DNA from: a virus | Lineage: Duplodnaviria > Caudoviricetes | IMG/VR virus record: IMGVR_UViG_3300009108_000480 | Reading direction: 5' to 3' (one strand) | Length of the DNA stretch: 64,000 bases | Part shown: positions 29,743 through 39,743 of the stretch, piece after piece | Numbering within the stretch: the stretch's first letter is position 1 | Layout of the letters: every line of letters begins with the position of its first letter | The notes under the pieces: generated by a model | The model's input: the letters and a program-made list of their open reading frames with translations, nothing else | What the model was told of the DNA's origin: nothing | The model's database searches: none | Position numbers and translations under genes: made by a program

Positions 29743-30770
29743 TGGCAATAACAGACGCAAAAAAAGTAGATTATCTTTGGAAGAAATTAGGTTATGGTAC
29801 AACTAAAACTGACACCAATGCTAATAAGGCGGCACCTAATGAAGCCATTGCATCTCCATTATTATTAAGAGGTGATAAAGTTTGGAACCAAGCAAACGGA
29901 ATTCCAACAACAATGCCAGGATCAAGTGCAGATGTTGTAACAGTTTATCCTACAGGTACTCCAACTGAAGCAACAGAAGATAATACAGCAACAGCAAGTA
30001 GATCATGGAAAACAAATTTAACAGATTGGATTCCACCAGAATTTGGTGCAACATATGGAGTTATAGTTTATATTCACACATCATCTGATGCGGGTAATGC
30101 CGCTTCGGGTGGAACTAGAGTATTTGCCGCAGGTTCAGGTAACAATGATGAATTCTTTTTTGATTATCAATCTGGTGTATTGCACTTTATCGGTACTAAC
30201 TTACCTAACGGTGTTTCGTTTTCAGGCAAATCAGTTTATGTTTCTGGTGCAAGATATACAGGAACAATTGGTGTTGCAAGTTTAAAAGCAGATACAGGTA
30301 ATTTTACACTTTCAGGATCTACAATAAACCAAGATGTTACAAATGCTGATTTTACATTAGGTACATCAGGTACAGGAAAATATCTATTCAGCTCTGATAC
30401 TGGTATTGTTTTACCTACAGGTACTACTGCACAACGTCCAACAGCTGAACAAGGTGTAATGAGATTCAATACTACAACTGGAAAATATGAAGTATCTCAA
30501 GATGGTTCTACTTGGACAAATTTAAAAACAGATCAAACTGAACAAGATATTACAAAAGATGTAATAACTGGCGATGGCTCAACTACTAGTTTCGCAACAA
30601 TGACTAAATCGCCTGCAGATGCTAAAAATATTATTGTCTATATGGATGGTGTAATGCAAGAAGCCACACAAAATTATACTATAAGTGGTAACACTCTTAC
30701 ATTTGGTGAAGCACCACACGCCTCAGCACGAATAGTTGTAATGCATGGATTTGCAGAAGAACCTGTTTAA
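29742..30770 (+). CDS. virion structural protein
   Basis: Translationally coupled to the PKD gene; LPTGTTAQRP and GDGSTTSF modules. Confidence 0.65.
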   Translation: MAITDAKKVDYLWKKLGYGTTKTDTNANKAAPNEAIASPLLLRGDKVWNQANGIPTTMPGSSADVVTVYPTGTPTEATEDNTATASRSWKTNLTDWIPPEFGATYGVIVYIHTSSDAGNAASGGTRVFAAGSGNNDEFFFDYQSGVLHFIGTNLPNGVSFSGKSVYVSGARYTGTIGVASLKADTGNFTLSGSTINQDVTNADFTLGTSGTGKYLFSSDTGIVLPTGTTAQRPTAEQGVMRFNTTTGKYEVSQDGSTWTNLKTDQTEQDITKDVITGDGSTTSFATMTKSPADAKNIIVYMDGVMQEATQNYTISGNTLTFGEAPHASARIVVMHGFAEEPV

Positions 30771-31132
30771 TCTATTGTAACACCAGTTGATGTATAAACA
30801 ACATTAAAATTTTGTAATTGTCCAGTAATAATATTCATTATATCTAATTCTGCAACAATTTCCCACTCAAATTCGGGTTGCCTTATAATAAAATCATAAA
30901 CATCTTGACCTGATTCAAACCAAAGTCTAATACCTGTCATTGAATGATTATTATCAATATAAAAAGATTTACGACAAACAATTTTTAATACGTTCGAAAC
31001 TTTTTCTCTAAAACGATTCATTTGTTCTACAAGATCTGGACGTTCTGTTAACGTTTCTACTGAACGATTACGACATATAGCCGGCCATCTTAATTTTAAA
31101 CTATATTTGTAAAATTTATTTTCTGGCATCAA
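30767..31132 (-). CDS. hypothetical protein
   Basis: 121-aa ORF overlapping its neighbours in operon fashion. Confidence 0.6.
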   Translation of the reverse strand: MMPENKFYKYSLKLRWPAICRNRSVETLTERPDLVEQMNRFREKVSNVLKIVCRKSFYIDNNHSMTGIRLWFESGQDVYDFIIRQPEFEWEIVAELDIMNIITGQLQNFNVVYTSTGVTID

Positions 31133-31652
31133 TTACTTCCTGATATTTTATATACGTATCACAAAAACAATTGTCTAACTCATCTAATTTCTTTATACGT
31201 GGACTACAAATATTTGCAAATCTTATGTCTGGATTGGATATTATAATACTTTTTAATCTTGTAAGTTCTATTGGATTATTCAAATCATAACCTAATAAAA
31301 ATATAACTTTTGGTTTAAGATATACTGCTAACATTAATGATAAGCATTGTGGAGTACAATTATTGGGATTAATTTCTAATGTTTTTATACCAGGAAACTC
31401 GGGTAAACAAGTTACTTCATTAAAAAATATATATTTCTTAAACAGCTCTTCTGGAACAAGTATGTTAGTACCTTGAAAATTAGCCGAATTTAACATATCT
31501 TGTAAAATTGTCTCTGAATTACAGGTTGCATATGCAAAATTAATACTTTTATTACTATTAGCTGATGCTATTACAGGGCCTATATGCATGGATTCATGCA
31601 AATCAAAGCCAATTGGCAGATTTCCAACGATTGTTACGTAATTATTTTTCAT
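31116..31652 (-). CDS. degenerate DUF115/MptE-like protein
   Basis: IVGN.P and IFLLGYD motifs resemble 17402..18028. Confidence 0.45.
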   Translation of the reverse strand: MKNNYVTIVGNLPIGFDLHESMHIGPVIASANSNKSINFAYATCNSETILQDMLNSANFQGTNILVPEELFKKYIFFNEVTCLPEFPGIKTLEINPNNCTPQCLSLMLAVYLKPKVIFLLGYDLNNPIELTRLKSIIISNPDIRFANICSPRIKKLDELDNCFCDTYIKYQEVIDARK

Positions 31653-31746
31653 TATGTTAAGGTATTTAACGACACGATTATAGACAAATCAAATAAATAT
31701 CAATAGTTTTGCAAAAACAATTATCGATAATTAAGGGGAAAACAAC

Positions 31747-33348
31747 ATGGCAATAGGAAGAATAACAGGGCAAATGCTTTCAGCTAACTTGGCACGGTCA
31801 GGTACTGATTTAGCATTTGAAACAAATTTATTAGCCTTAGACGTCAGTAATAGTAGAGTTGGTATAGGAACAGCCAGTCCGGCAACTACATTACACATTT
31901 CGGCTACAGACGCAGTTAGAATAGCATCAGGTACAACAGCACAAAGACCTGGTTCACCAGCACACGGTGATCTAAGATACAACTCAACACTTGCAACAAT
32001 TGAAGGATATTCAAACAGTGCTTGGGCTAACTTGGCATCTGGTTCAACAATTCAAGATGCTGACGAAGACACAAAAATACAAGTTGAAGAAAGTTCAGAC
32101 GAAGATTTAATCAGAATGGATATAGCAGGTTCTGAAATTTTACAAGTAGGCGCTTCTGGTTTAACATTCACAGCAGGTGGAGTTGTAGGTAACTTAACAG
32201 TTTCAGGTAACTTAACAGTTTCAGGAACTACATCAACACTTTCAACTACAAACACAGTTATCGCAGATAACATTATAGAATTAAACACCGGTATATCAGC
32301 TAGTACAAACGACGCAGGTATTATCGTAGAACGTGGTTCTACAGGTGATAATGCGACATTGACTTGGGATGAATCAGCAGACCAGTGGGTAGTTGGAACA
32401 ACAACTGCCACAGGTGCAGATAAATCAGGTGGAATATCAGTAACAACAGGAAATATGTTATTGACTAACACTGGTGGAGCAAGTTGGACAACGGCTTGTG
32501 TATTCAATGATGCATCAAGTAACGATTTAGACTTTAGAATGGAAAGTGCGGCAAACACACACGCTTTCTTTTTAGATGGATCAGCAAATGCAATTGGTAT
32601 TAACAACAGTGCACCAGTTTATGAATTGGATGGCGGTGGTTCTACTAACGCATGGAGATTCCCAGTAGGTAATACTTCACAAAGACCAACAGGTGCAACA
32701 GGTGTTATAAGATTTAACAGTGAAACTGGAGCATACGAAGGTTGCACAGACGGATCAACATACGTATCACTAGCAACATCTAGTTCTACAGCACCAACTA
32801 TATCTAAAGTATCAGCAACTGGAGACGGATCAACAACAACATTCGCACTTTTTAGTACAGCGCCGGCGGCGGTGGCTAACGTGCTTGTGTTCATTGATAA
32901 CGTTTATCAAGAACCAACTGAAAACTATACAGTATCAAGCACAAATATAACATTTACTTCGGCTCCGCACAGTGCGGCTAGAATATTTGCTATAACTGGC
33001 TTTGACAATACTGCATTAGTAACAGGTGGAATTGCTAGAACAGAAACAAGTTCAGTTAACTTTACATCATCTGCAACTAACATTTTAACATTTAACGGGT
33101 CAACTTACAGGTCAGCAGAATTATTCATTACTTTGCAAGATTCTGCAAATACTGAATATGCTTGTATGAAAGCTAACGTGGCTCACAATGGTTCAACAGC
33201 ATTCGGAAACGTATATGGTGTTGTAAACACTGGATCAAGTGATTTAGGAACACTTACATTTGTTTATAACTCGGGTACAGTTGAAATTAAAGCAGTATCA
33301 AGTGGTGGCGTAACAGCGGCTACTGTACAATACTCATTAATGGCGTAA
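31747..33348 (+). CDS. modular fibre/appendage protein
   Basis: MAIGRI..DLAFETNLL N-module, two GTTAQRP-like modules, GDGSTTTF module and a C-terminal beta repeat. Confidence 0.7.
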   Translation: MAIGRITGQMLSANLARSGTDLAFETNLLALDVSNSRVGIGTASPATTLHISATDAVRIASGTTAQRPGSPAHGDLRYNSTLATIEGYSNSAWANLASGSTIQDADEDTKIQVEESSDEDLIRMDIAGSEILQVGASGLTFTAGGVVGNLTVSGNLTVSGTTSTLSTTNTVIADNIIELNTGISASTNDAGIIVERGSTGDNATLTWDESADQWVVGTTTATGADKSGGISVTTGNMLLTNTGGASWTTACVFNDASSNDLDFRMESAANTHAFFLDGSANAIGINNSAPVYELDGGGSTNAWRFPVGNTSQRPTGATGVIRFNSETGAYEGCTDGSTYVSLATSSSTAPTISKVSATGDGSTTTFALFSTAPAAVANVLVFIDNVYQEPTENYTVSSTNITFTSAPHSAARIFAITGFDNTALVTGGIARTETSSVNFTSSATNILTFNGSTYRSAELFITLQDSANTEYACMKANVAHNGSTAFGNVYGVVNTGSSDLGTLTFVYNSGTVEIKAVSSGGVTAATVQYSLMA

Positions 33349-33383
33349 TTAGTATAGTATAATATAACCTTATAGATAATTTT

Positions 33384-33425
33384 AAACGCTCTAACGATAA
33401 ATATTGTTGTTAGAGCGTTTTTTTT
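33384..33425 (+). terminator. terminator hairpin whose loop contains a late promoter
   Basis: AAACGCTCTAAC/GTTAGAGCGTTT stem with a T-run; ATAAATA at 33397-33403. Confidence 0.75.
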
Positions 33426-33474
33426 ACGACTAAAATCTCTAACACTTTAATAATATCATGCGGGAGAATGAACC

Positions 33475-34485
33475 ATGACAACACGTAACTTTAGAGTTAA
33501 CACTGGATTAGAAGTAGGTGATATAGTAATATCAGCTAGTGCTAATACCATTACTGGCGGATCAACAGCGGCACCTAGTGCTGACGGTCAGTTTGCCAAT
33601 AAAAAATATGTTGATGACGGTCTAGCAGGCCTTTCACAGACATCGATTAGTTCAGGAACAACTAACATAACTGTGGCTTCAACAACTGCAACTACTACAA
33701 TTAGTGGTAGTGCGGCCTTAACAATTGACGGTACTAATACAAGAGTACACGGTAACTTAATTGTTGACGGTACAAGAACTGAGTTGAACACATCAACACT
33801 ATCAGTTGAAGATAATATCATTGAAGTAAACAGAGGAATATCATCTAATAGTGGTATGCCAACTTACTCAGGTATTAAAGTAAACAGAGGCGAAACATCA
33901 ACAGCAACAGAAGAAGATTTATTCTGGGTATGGGATGAAGCATTTGCAGATGACGGTACAACTACTTACGGTAACGCAGGTGGTGCCTTTACAGCATTGA
34001 GATCTGCTACGGCGGCTCCAACAGCAACAGAGGCTAATTTAGTCGATATACGATGTAACGTAATACACGCGACATCAACTTCGGCTCAATACGCGGACGT
34101 TGCCGAGCGTTTCGAAGCAGACGCTCCTATGGCAGAAGGTGCAGTAGTAGAAATCGGTGGTGGAGAAGAAATCACCGAAGTATCAACTGAACTTTCAGAA
34201 AATGTTTTTGGTGTAATTTCAACTAAACCAGCATATGCCATGAACGCAGGTGCAGGTAACAGTGATTCACATCCGTTTGTTGCAATGACAGGAAGAAGTC
34301 CTGTTAGAGTAACAGGTCTTGTTGAAAAAGGACAAAGACTAGTTTCCAGTTCAATTAAAGGTACTGCAAGAGCAGTAGCTAATGGTGAAACAATTACTCC
34401 TTTCCATGTAATCGGAAGAGCTTTAGAAAGCAAATCTGATGCAGGTATTGGATTGGTAAATTGTGCAGTGAGAACTAACAACTAA
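33475..34485 (+). CDS. tail fibre/spike with C-terminal peptidase G2 autocleaving chaperone
   Basis: YADVAERFE...VFGVIS..PAY.MN...GRSPVRV...VIGRALE is the peptidase G2 (IMC) pattern. Confidence 0.8.
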   Translation: MTTRNFRVNTGLEVGDIVISASANTITGGSTAAPSADGQFANKKYVDDGLAGLSQTSISSGTTNITVASTTATTTISGSAALTIDGTNTRVHGNLIVDGTRTELNTSTLSVEDNIIEVNRGISSNSGMPTYSGIKVNRGETSTATEEDLFWVWDEAFADDGTTTYGNAGGAFTALRSATAAPTATEANLVDIRCNVIHATSTSAQYADVAERFEADAPMAEGAVVEIGGGEEITEVSTELSENVFGVISTKPAYAMNAGAGNSDSHPFVAMTGRSPVRVTGLVEKGQRLVSSSIKGTARAVANGETITPFHVIGRALESKSDAGIGLVNCAVRTNN

Positions 34486-34513
34486 TAAATACTAATACTT
34501 TTTAGTAAAATTA

Positions 34514-34541
34514 AAGGCGGTCTTCGGATCGCCTTTTTTTT
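34514..34541 (+). terminator. intrinsic terminator with C(UUCG)G loop
   Basis: AAGGCGGTC-TTCG-GATCGCCTTTTTTTT. Confidence 0.9.
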
Positions 34542-34637
34542 ATCCCGATAAATACAATTACTGCTGTCAGTCGGCAATGTAAACGAGACTGTGTGTAATG
34601 TATTGTTACACTAACATATTAAAGGAGACCTAGAGTT

Positions 34638-37600
34638 ATGGCTATAGGCCGTATATCTGGATCAGTACTAAAGTCTAACCTTACAAGGAATGGTACCGAT
34701 CTGGCTTTTGAAACAAATCTACTTTATCTTGACGTCACGAATAATCGTGTAGGTATAGGTACTTCTTCCCCATCAACAACATTAGACATAAACGGAACAG
34801 TAAACGCAACAACAGTAACAGCAGGCACACTAACAGCTTCTGGTACAGGTACGGATGCATTATTAACATTAACTACTACAGAAGCAAGTGCATCAGCAAG
34901 TCCAATTATAGCATTAAAAAGAAATAGCGGAAGTCCAGCAGGCTCAGACAATTTAGGAACAATAAAATTTTTAGGTGAAAATGCGGCTGATCAAGAAGTT
35001 GAGTATGGAAATATAACCTCTAAAATTTTTAGTACAACTGACGGATCTGAAGCTGGAAAAATACAAGTTCAGGTAATGAGCTCTGGTGCTCTTACAAATT
35101 CTATGCGTTTTGAACCAGAAGGAATATTTTTAAACACATCAAACACTATTATTTTTGAAGGTGCAACTGCTGACAATTACGAAACTACATTAACAGTTGT
35201 AGACCCAACTGCAGATAGAACAGTATCTTTACCCAATGCAACAGGTACAGTTGCGGTTTATGCCAGCGACGGAAGTAATGGACAAGTATTACAAACTGAT
35301 GGAAGTGGAACATTATCATTTGCAGAAGCAGGTGGTGGTGGCGGTGGAAACAACACAGCAGTAAAACAATTTAATTATTATAAACTTACAACAACATCAG
35401 CAGTTATAGATGAATTTGATATAGGAGAATTTAGAGGTGCTGTTTATGATATAGGTATAGAAGAAACTACTAATAATTTTATTGGACACGTAAAAGTTTC
35501 TGTTGTACATAATGACTCAACTCCTTATGTTACAGTATATAATGTTAACGAAGACAGTACAAGAATAGTAGATTTTACTGTGGCAATATCAGGAGATATG
35601 TTACAATTATCTGCGGCAACTAATAGTTCTTCACACACAAATTTAAGAATACACAGAATTGCATTAGGAGACCATCATGAGACAGTTGCAAATACAAACT
35701 CAAAAATTATTGCAACAAGTACAGCAATAGGTTCTACTGCAACTACATTAGATCAATTTACAAAAACAGATATACAAGGTGCAAAATATATTATATTAAT
35801 AAAAGATTCAACACAAGGTGACTACCAAATTTCAGAAATGAGTATGACTCATAATGGAACAACAGTTTTCTTTGATGATTATGCAAAAGTATCAACTAGA
35901 AGTGCTTATGGATATACTTTTACAGCAACAATTTCATCAGCAACAGTAACATTATCAGGAGCATCAACAGTTGGTACAACTGGTACTGCAATATTATATA
36001 GACAAGATTTAGGATCTAAAACAAAATTAGGCGAAGTAGATAATCATTTATACGGTAAAAAAAGTGATATGGATTCTACTGTTGAAACAGTAGATTCATT
36101 TGATGTATTCAAATACAAAACTGCAAGATATTTTATAAATGTAGGAAATTCTGGAAGTACTGAATATCAGAATTCTGAGATTGTTATGACTGTTAATGCG
36201 GCAGGTACTGATACAACAATATCTGAAAGTGTAATATACACAGGAAATAATACTCTTACAACATTTTCAGCAGATGTTTCTGGAGGCAAAGCAAGATTAA
36301 GAGCATCTAGTTCTACTAATAGTGTAATTTATTTTGCAAGATTAGGAATGGAAGCCGATAATATTTACAGAGCAAACGCACAAACATCAGATGATTTATA
36401 TATTACACACAATAATATTAATTTAACAGCTGAAATGCTTGACTTATCTGGCGCTACAGGATCATTAAAACTACCTTCTGGTACAACTGCACAACGTTCA
36501 ACAGGTGCCGTTGGTATGTTAAGATATAACACAACAACAAGTACGTACGAAAGATATGACACTAGTGGTTGGACAGCAATTACAACAACTTCTTCAACTT
36601 CAGATTTAAGTGATACAACAACAGGAAATAAAACTTCTGTTGGTACATCTGCAACAAACATTGATACATTTGCTTCAAGTTCTTTTGATTCAGCATTTTA
36701 TCTTGCAGTAACAAGAGACGAAATTAATGATGAAACTGCCACAGATCAAATAAGTTTAGTACACAATAATACAACGGCATTTGTTGCATCTGGTGGTGGT
36801 GTGCGATCAGGAGATAATGATCATATAACATATACAGCAGACATTAGTGCTAGTACAGTAAGATTAAGAGGTACAGGTTCAAGTGATGTAAACTCTATAA
36901 AATATTTTAGAATTGCGATGGGTGACAGTACAAGTGCTACGTCATCAGGTAACACTGCAATTGTATTAAACACAGATGTTGATAGTGCTGTAGAAAATAT
37001 AGATACATGGGCTCATGCTTCTTACAGAGGTGCAAAATATTATATTAGTGCAAACAATTCATCAAAAACTGAATTACAAAATATAGAATGTTCAGTTGTT
37101 CACAACGGAACAACCGCCTTTATTGCAACATACAACGACGTATACACTGGTAATAATGCCTTGATAACATTGACAGCAGATATTAGTGGAAGTGATGTAA
37201 GATTACGTGCAACAGGAAATGAACCAAATACTGCTGTTAAGATGTTTAGAATTTTATTAGGAGATTCAGAATCAGACACAACTGGTGACAACACAAAAGT
37301 TGTTGGTGCAGTAACAGTATCATCGTCTGCAACAGCAATAGACACTTTTTCAAGTGACTCATACACAGGTGCTCATTATCTTGTAGTTGGTTATAACTCT
37401 GGTGAGTCTGGTACACCAGCATCAGTTTCAGAAGTATATGTAGTACACGACGGAACAACTGCTTACGTAAGTTCAGGACCAATTGTATCATCAAAAGGCA
37501 CAGACCAATTAACATTTACAGCGGCATTATCAGGTACAACTGTAACATTAAACGCATTGAGTACAAGTGGAGGTTCTACAACTGTTAATGCTTTTAGAAC

Positions 37601-38198
37601 ACATATACAAAGAACAGCGGCAGGTGCCTCAACATCATTACAAGTTTTAACAAGTAATGATCAAACAATCACAGGTGATAAAACTTTTGCGGATAATGCC
37701 AAAGTTATGTTGGGTACTGGAGAAGATTTAAAAATATATCACTCAGGTAGCCACAGTATTATCCAAGATTCTGGTGCAGGTAACTTAAAAATCAGAGCTA
37801 GTATTACACAAATAATGGGTACTAGTAATGACGAAAACCATGCAGTCTTTACTGAGGATGGTTCAGTAGAACTTTATCATAATGGTACAAAGATGATTGA
37901 AACATCATCCACTGGTGTTGCATTAAGTGGTGTTATGGCAATGGCTGTTGAATCAGGTGATCCATCAACTGTGGCAAACAATGCTCACATATATGCTAAA
38001 GACGATACGGCAAGTGCTGAAGTATATGTAAGAGACGAAGCAGGTAACGTTACAAAACTTTCACCGCACAATAAACAAGGTGAATGGGAATATTTCTCAA
38101 GAAATACAATAACAGGTAAAACTGTTAGAGTTAATATGGAAGAAATGATTAAAGATATTGAAAAATTAACAGGTAAAAAATATATTAAGGAGGAATAA
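34638..38198 (+). CDS. 1186-aa fibre protein with six ~100-aa beta repeats
   Basis: Repeats of (I/V)D.F......A.Y...E....HN.T...F.A.ISG..V.L arranged 3+3 around an LPSGTTAQR module. Confidence 0.75.
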   Translation: MAIGRISGSVLKSNLTRNGTDLAFETNLLYLDVTNNRVGIGTSSPSTTLDINGTVNATTVTAGTLTASGTGTDALLTLTTTEASASASPIIALKRNSGSPAGSDNLGTIKFLGENAADQEVEYGNITSKIFSTTDGSEAGKIQVQVMSSGALTNSMRFEPEGIFLNTSNTIIFEGATADNYETTLTVVDPTADRTVSLPNATGTVAVYASDGSNGQVLQTDGSGTLSFAEAGGGGGGNNTAVKQFNYYKLTTTSAVIDEFDIGEFRGAVYDIGIEETTNNFIGHVKVSVVHNDSTPYVTVYNVNEDSTRIVDFTVAISGDMLQLSAATNSSSHTNLRIHRIALGDHHETVANTNSKIIATSTAIGSTATTLDQFTKTDIQGAKYIILIKDSTQGDYQISEMSMTHNGTTVFFDDYAKVSTRSAYGYTFTATISSATVTLSGASTVGTTGTAILYRQDLGSKTKLGEVDNHLYGKKSDMDSTVETVDSFDVFKYKTARYFINVGNSGSTEYQNSEIVMTVNAAGTDTTISESVIYTGNNTLTTFSADVSGGKARLRASSSTNSVIYFARLGMEADNIYRANAQTSDDLYITHNNINLTAEMLDLSGATGSLKLPSGTTAQRSTGAVGMLRYNTTTSTYERYDTSGWTAITTTSSTSDLSDTTTGNKTSVGTSATNIDTFASSSFDSAFYLAVTRDEINDETATDQISLVHNNTTAFVASGGGVRSGDNDHITYTADISASTVRLRGTGSSDVNSIKYFRIAMGDSTSATSSGNTAIVLNTDVDSAVENIDTWAHASYRGAKYYISANNSSKTELQNIECSVVHNGTTAFIATYNDVYTGNNALITLTADISGSDVRLRATGNEPNTAVKMFRILLGDSESDTTGDNTKVVGAVTVSSSATAIDTFSSDSYTGAHYLVVGYNSGESGTPASVSEVYVVHDGTTAYVSSGPIVSSKGTDQLTFTAALSGTTVTLNALSTSGGSTTVNAFRTHIQRTAAGASTSLQVLTSNDQTITGDKTFADNAKVMLGTGEDLKIYHSGSHSIIQDSGAGNLKIRASITQIMGTSNDENHAVFTEDGSVELYHNGTKMIETSSTGVALSGVMAMAVESGDPSTVANNAHIYAKDDTASAEVYVRDEAGNVTKLSPHNKQGEWEYFSRNTITGKTVRVNMEEMIKDIEKLTGKKYIKEE

Positions 38199-38833
38199 TG
38201 CCAAAACGATATAGTTTAATGAAAGTAGAAGACGAAGATACTGAGGGTAAAACAGTAACGGATAAAGATCCTGACTTTCACAAAAAACAAATATTTCATA
38301 AAGTACAAATTAAAAATCGTTCTACTAGTGAAAATGCATTATTACTTTCTACAATTGACGATGGATCAGCAAGTGGTCCTTTACTTACATTAGAAAGATT
38401 TTCCGACAGTCCAGCAAAAAGTGATATATTAGGAAAAATACAATTTAAAGGTAAAAATTCAGAGGGCACTTTAATACGTTATGCAAGTATTGATACTAAA
38501 ATTAGAGATCCAAATGTTGGTACAGACGATTCTGCTTTACAGTTTACTGTAAGAGTTGGTGGACAACATAAGTCAATGTTAATTGTACAAAACGATGGAG
38601 TACTTGTTCACGTAGATAAACCGTTAATGTTACAGGCACAAGGTTATAAAAAAATTAGATTATTTGGTAGAAAGGCTACTGGAAGAAGAGATATTGATTT
38701 TCCAGATCAAGCCGGAACTGTAATGGTTAATGAATCAGGAAAAGTTATGGCAACCGACTTACCAACAAGCGATCCTAACAACGAAGGTCAACTCTGGAAC
38801 GATAGCGGCACAGTAAAAATTAGTGCAGGGTAA
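38198..38833 (+). CDS. fibre-associated protein
   Basis: Shares the P...L.R.S.SPA.SD.LG.I.F.G.N module with the upstream fibre; coupled start. Confidence 0.65.
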   Translation: MPKRYSLMKVEDEDTEGKTVTDKDPDFHKKQIFHKVQIKNRSTSENALLLSTIDDGSASGPLLTLERFSDSPAKSDILGKIQFKGKNSEGTLIRYASIDTKIRDPNVGTDDSALQFTVRVGGQHKSMLIVQNDGVLVHVDKPLMLQAQGYKKIRLFGRKATGRRDIDFPDQAGTVMVNESGKVMATDLPTSDPNNEGQLWNDSGTVKISAG

Positions 38834-38835
38834 TT

Positions 38836-38901
38836 ATGCGTTGGGTTTATTTTTTATTAGTATTGTTTGTTATTATGGCAGTCACTTTTGCTAACATTTA
38901 A
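38836..38901 (+). CDS. 21-aa hydrophobic micropeptide (MRWVYFLLVLFVIMAVTFANI)
   Basis: ATG 2 nt after the upstream stop; single TM-like stretch. Confidence 0.45.
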   Translation: MRWVYFLLVLFVIMAVTFANI

Positions 38902-38981
38902 ATAGCATTTCCGTAGAAAGATAAAACAACCATAGCAATTATAAAAAGTGCCATTAAAAAAATAACTAATTTTCTTATCAT
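38898..38981 (-). CDS. 27-aa hydrophobic micropeptide (MIRKLVIFLMALFIIAMVVLSFYGNAI)
   Basis: ATG overlaps the stop of 38978..39742 (ATGA); single TM-like stretch. Confidence 0.5.
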   Translation of the reverse strand: MIRKLVIFLMALFIIAMVVLSFYGNAI

Positions 38982-39742
38982 TGAATCGACTTTACTATTT
39001 TACACATATCTTCATTAAATTTTTTATCAATAACGTGACCTTGTACACCTTTTGTATAATTGTTTAAGAAATTATTAAAATTATTAATTAAAACTTTGTC
39101 TTTTATTGATTTGGGTATTAAATTTTTATTGTCAAAAATAAAATAATCATTAATATTATTTTTCACAGACAAATAATGTAATTTTTCAACAATTTTTTTG
39201 TAATGTTTTTCTAAATAATTTTCTTTAACAATTAACTTTTTATATCTTTTTTTAATTAGATCTATTTCTTTTTGATAAAAATTTTTACTAAACATAAAAT
39301 TACTGTTACGTTCAATATCTGTAGGAAGTACATTAATTCTACCATATTTTTTATTAAATTTTAAAAACATTCTACTAAAAGTAGGCAACTGATGAATAAC
39401 AAGCAATTTAGGTAATGTGTTCTGTTTCAAAAAATTTGAATATGATAATAACGATCTACCTACTGATGCTCCGATTACTGACAAATTTATTACAGGTATT
39501 CCTGTTTGTTTTTGAAGCAGTGCAGGCCAACTACTTTCTCTTTCTTCTTCATGCCATTTTTTGTTGGCTGTATCGTGTAAATCTTTGAAGTTAATTTTTC
39601 CTAATGAAAAATTATTTTTGTACCATTTTAAAATTTCAAATTGACGTTGTTTATCGTTTTTAAAAATACCCAACAAGTGGTCGTTCATTTCACAACCTGT
39701 TGAATGGGAGCAACCAGTTACAACAATTTTTTCATATGGCAT
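38978..39742 (-). CDS. SGNH/GDSL-like hydrolase fold protein
   Basis: VTGCSHSTG block I, SWPALL, INLSVIGASV block II, C-terminal GH; very AT-rich. Confidence 0.55.
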   Translation of the reverse strand: MPYEKIVVTGCSHSTGCEMNDHLLGIFKNDKQRQFEILKWYKNNFSLGKINFKDLHDTANKKWHEEERESSWPALLQKQTGIPVINLSVIGASVGRSLLSYSNFLKQNTLPKLLVIHQLPTFSRMFLKFNKKYGRINVLPTDIERNSNFMFSKNFYQKEIDLIKKRYKKLIVKENYLEKHYKKIVEKLHYLSVKNNINDYFIFDNKNLIPKSIKDKVLINNFNNFLNNYTKGVQGHVIDKKFNEDMCKIVKSIQ

Positions 39743-39743
39743 T

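Noticed and set aside
23895-33813. Diversity-generating retroelement TR/VR pair among fibre genes
   Set aside because: Differences are synonymous and not adenine-specific, and no reverse transcriptase is present in the window.
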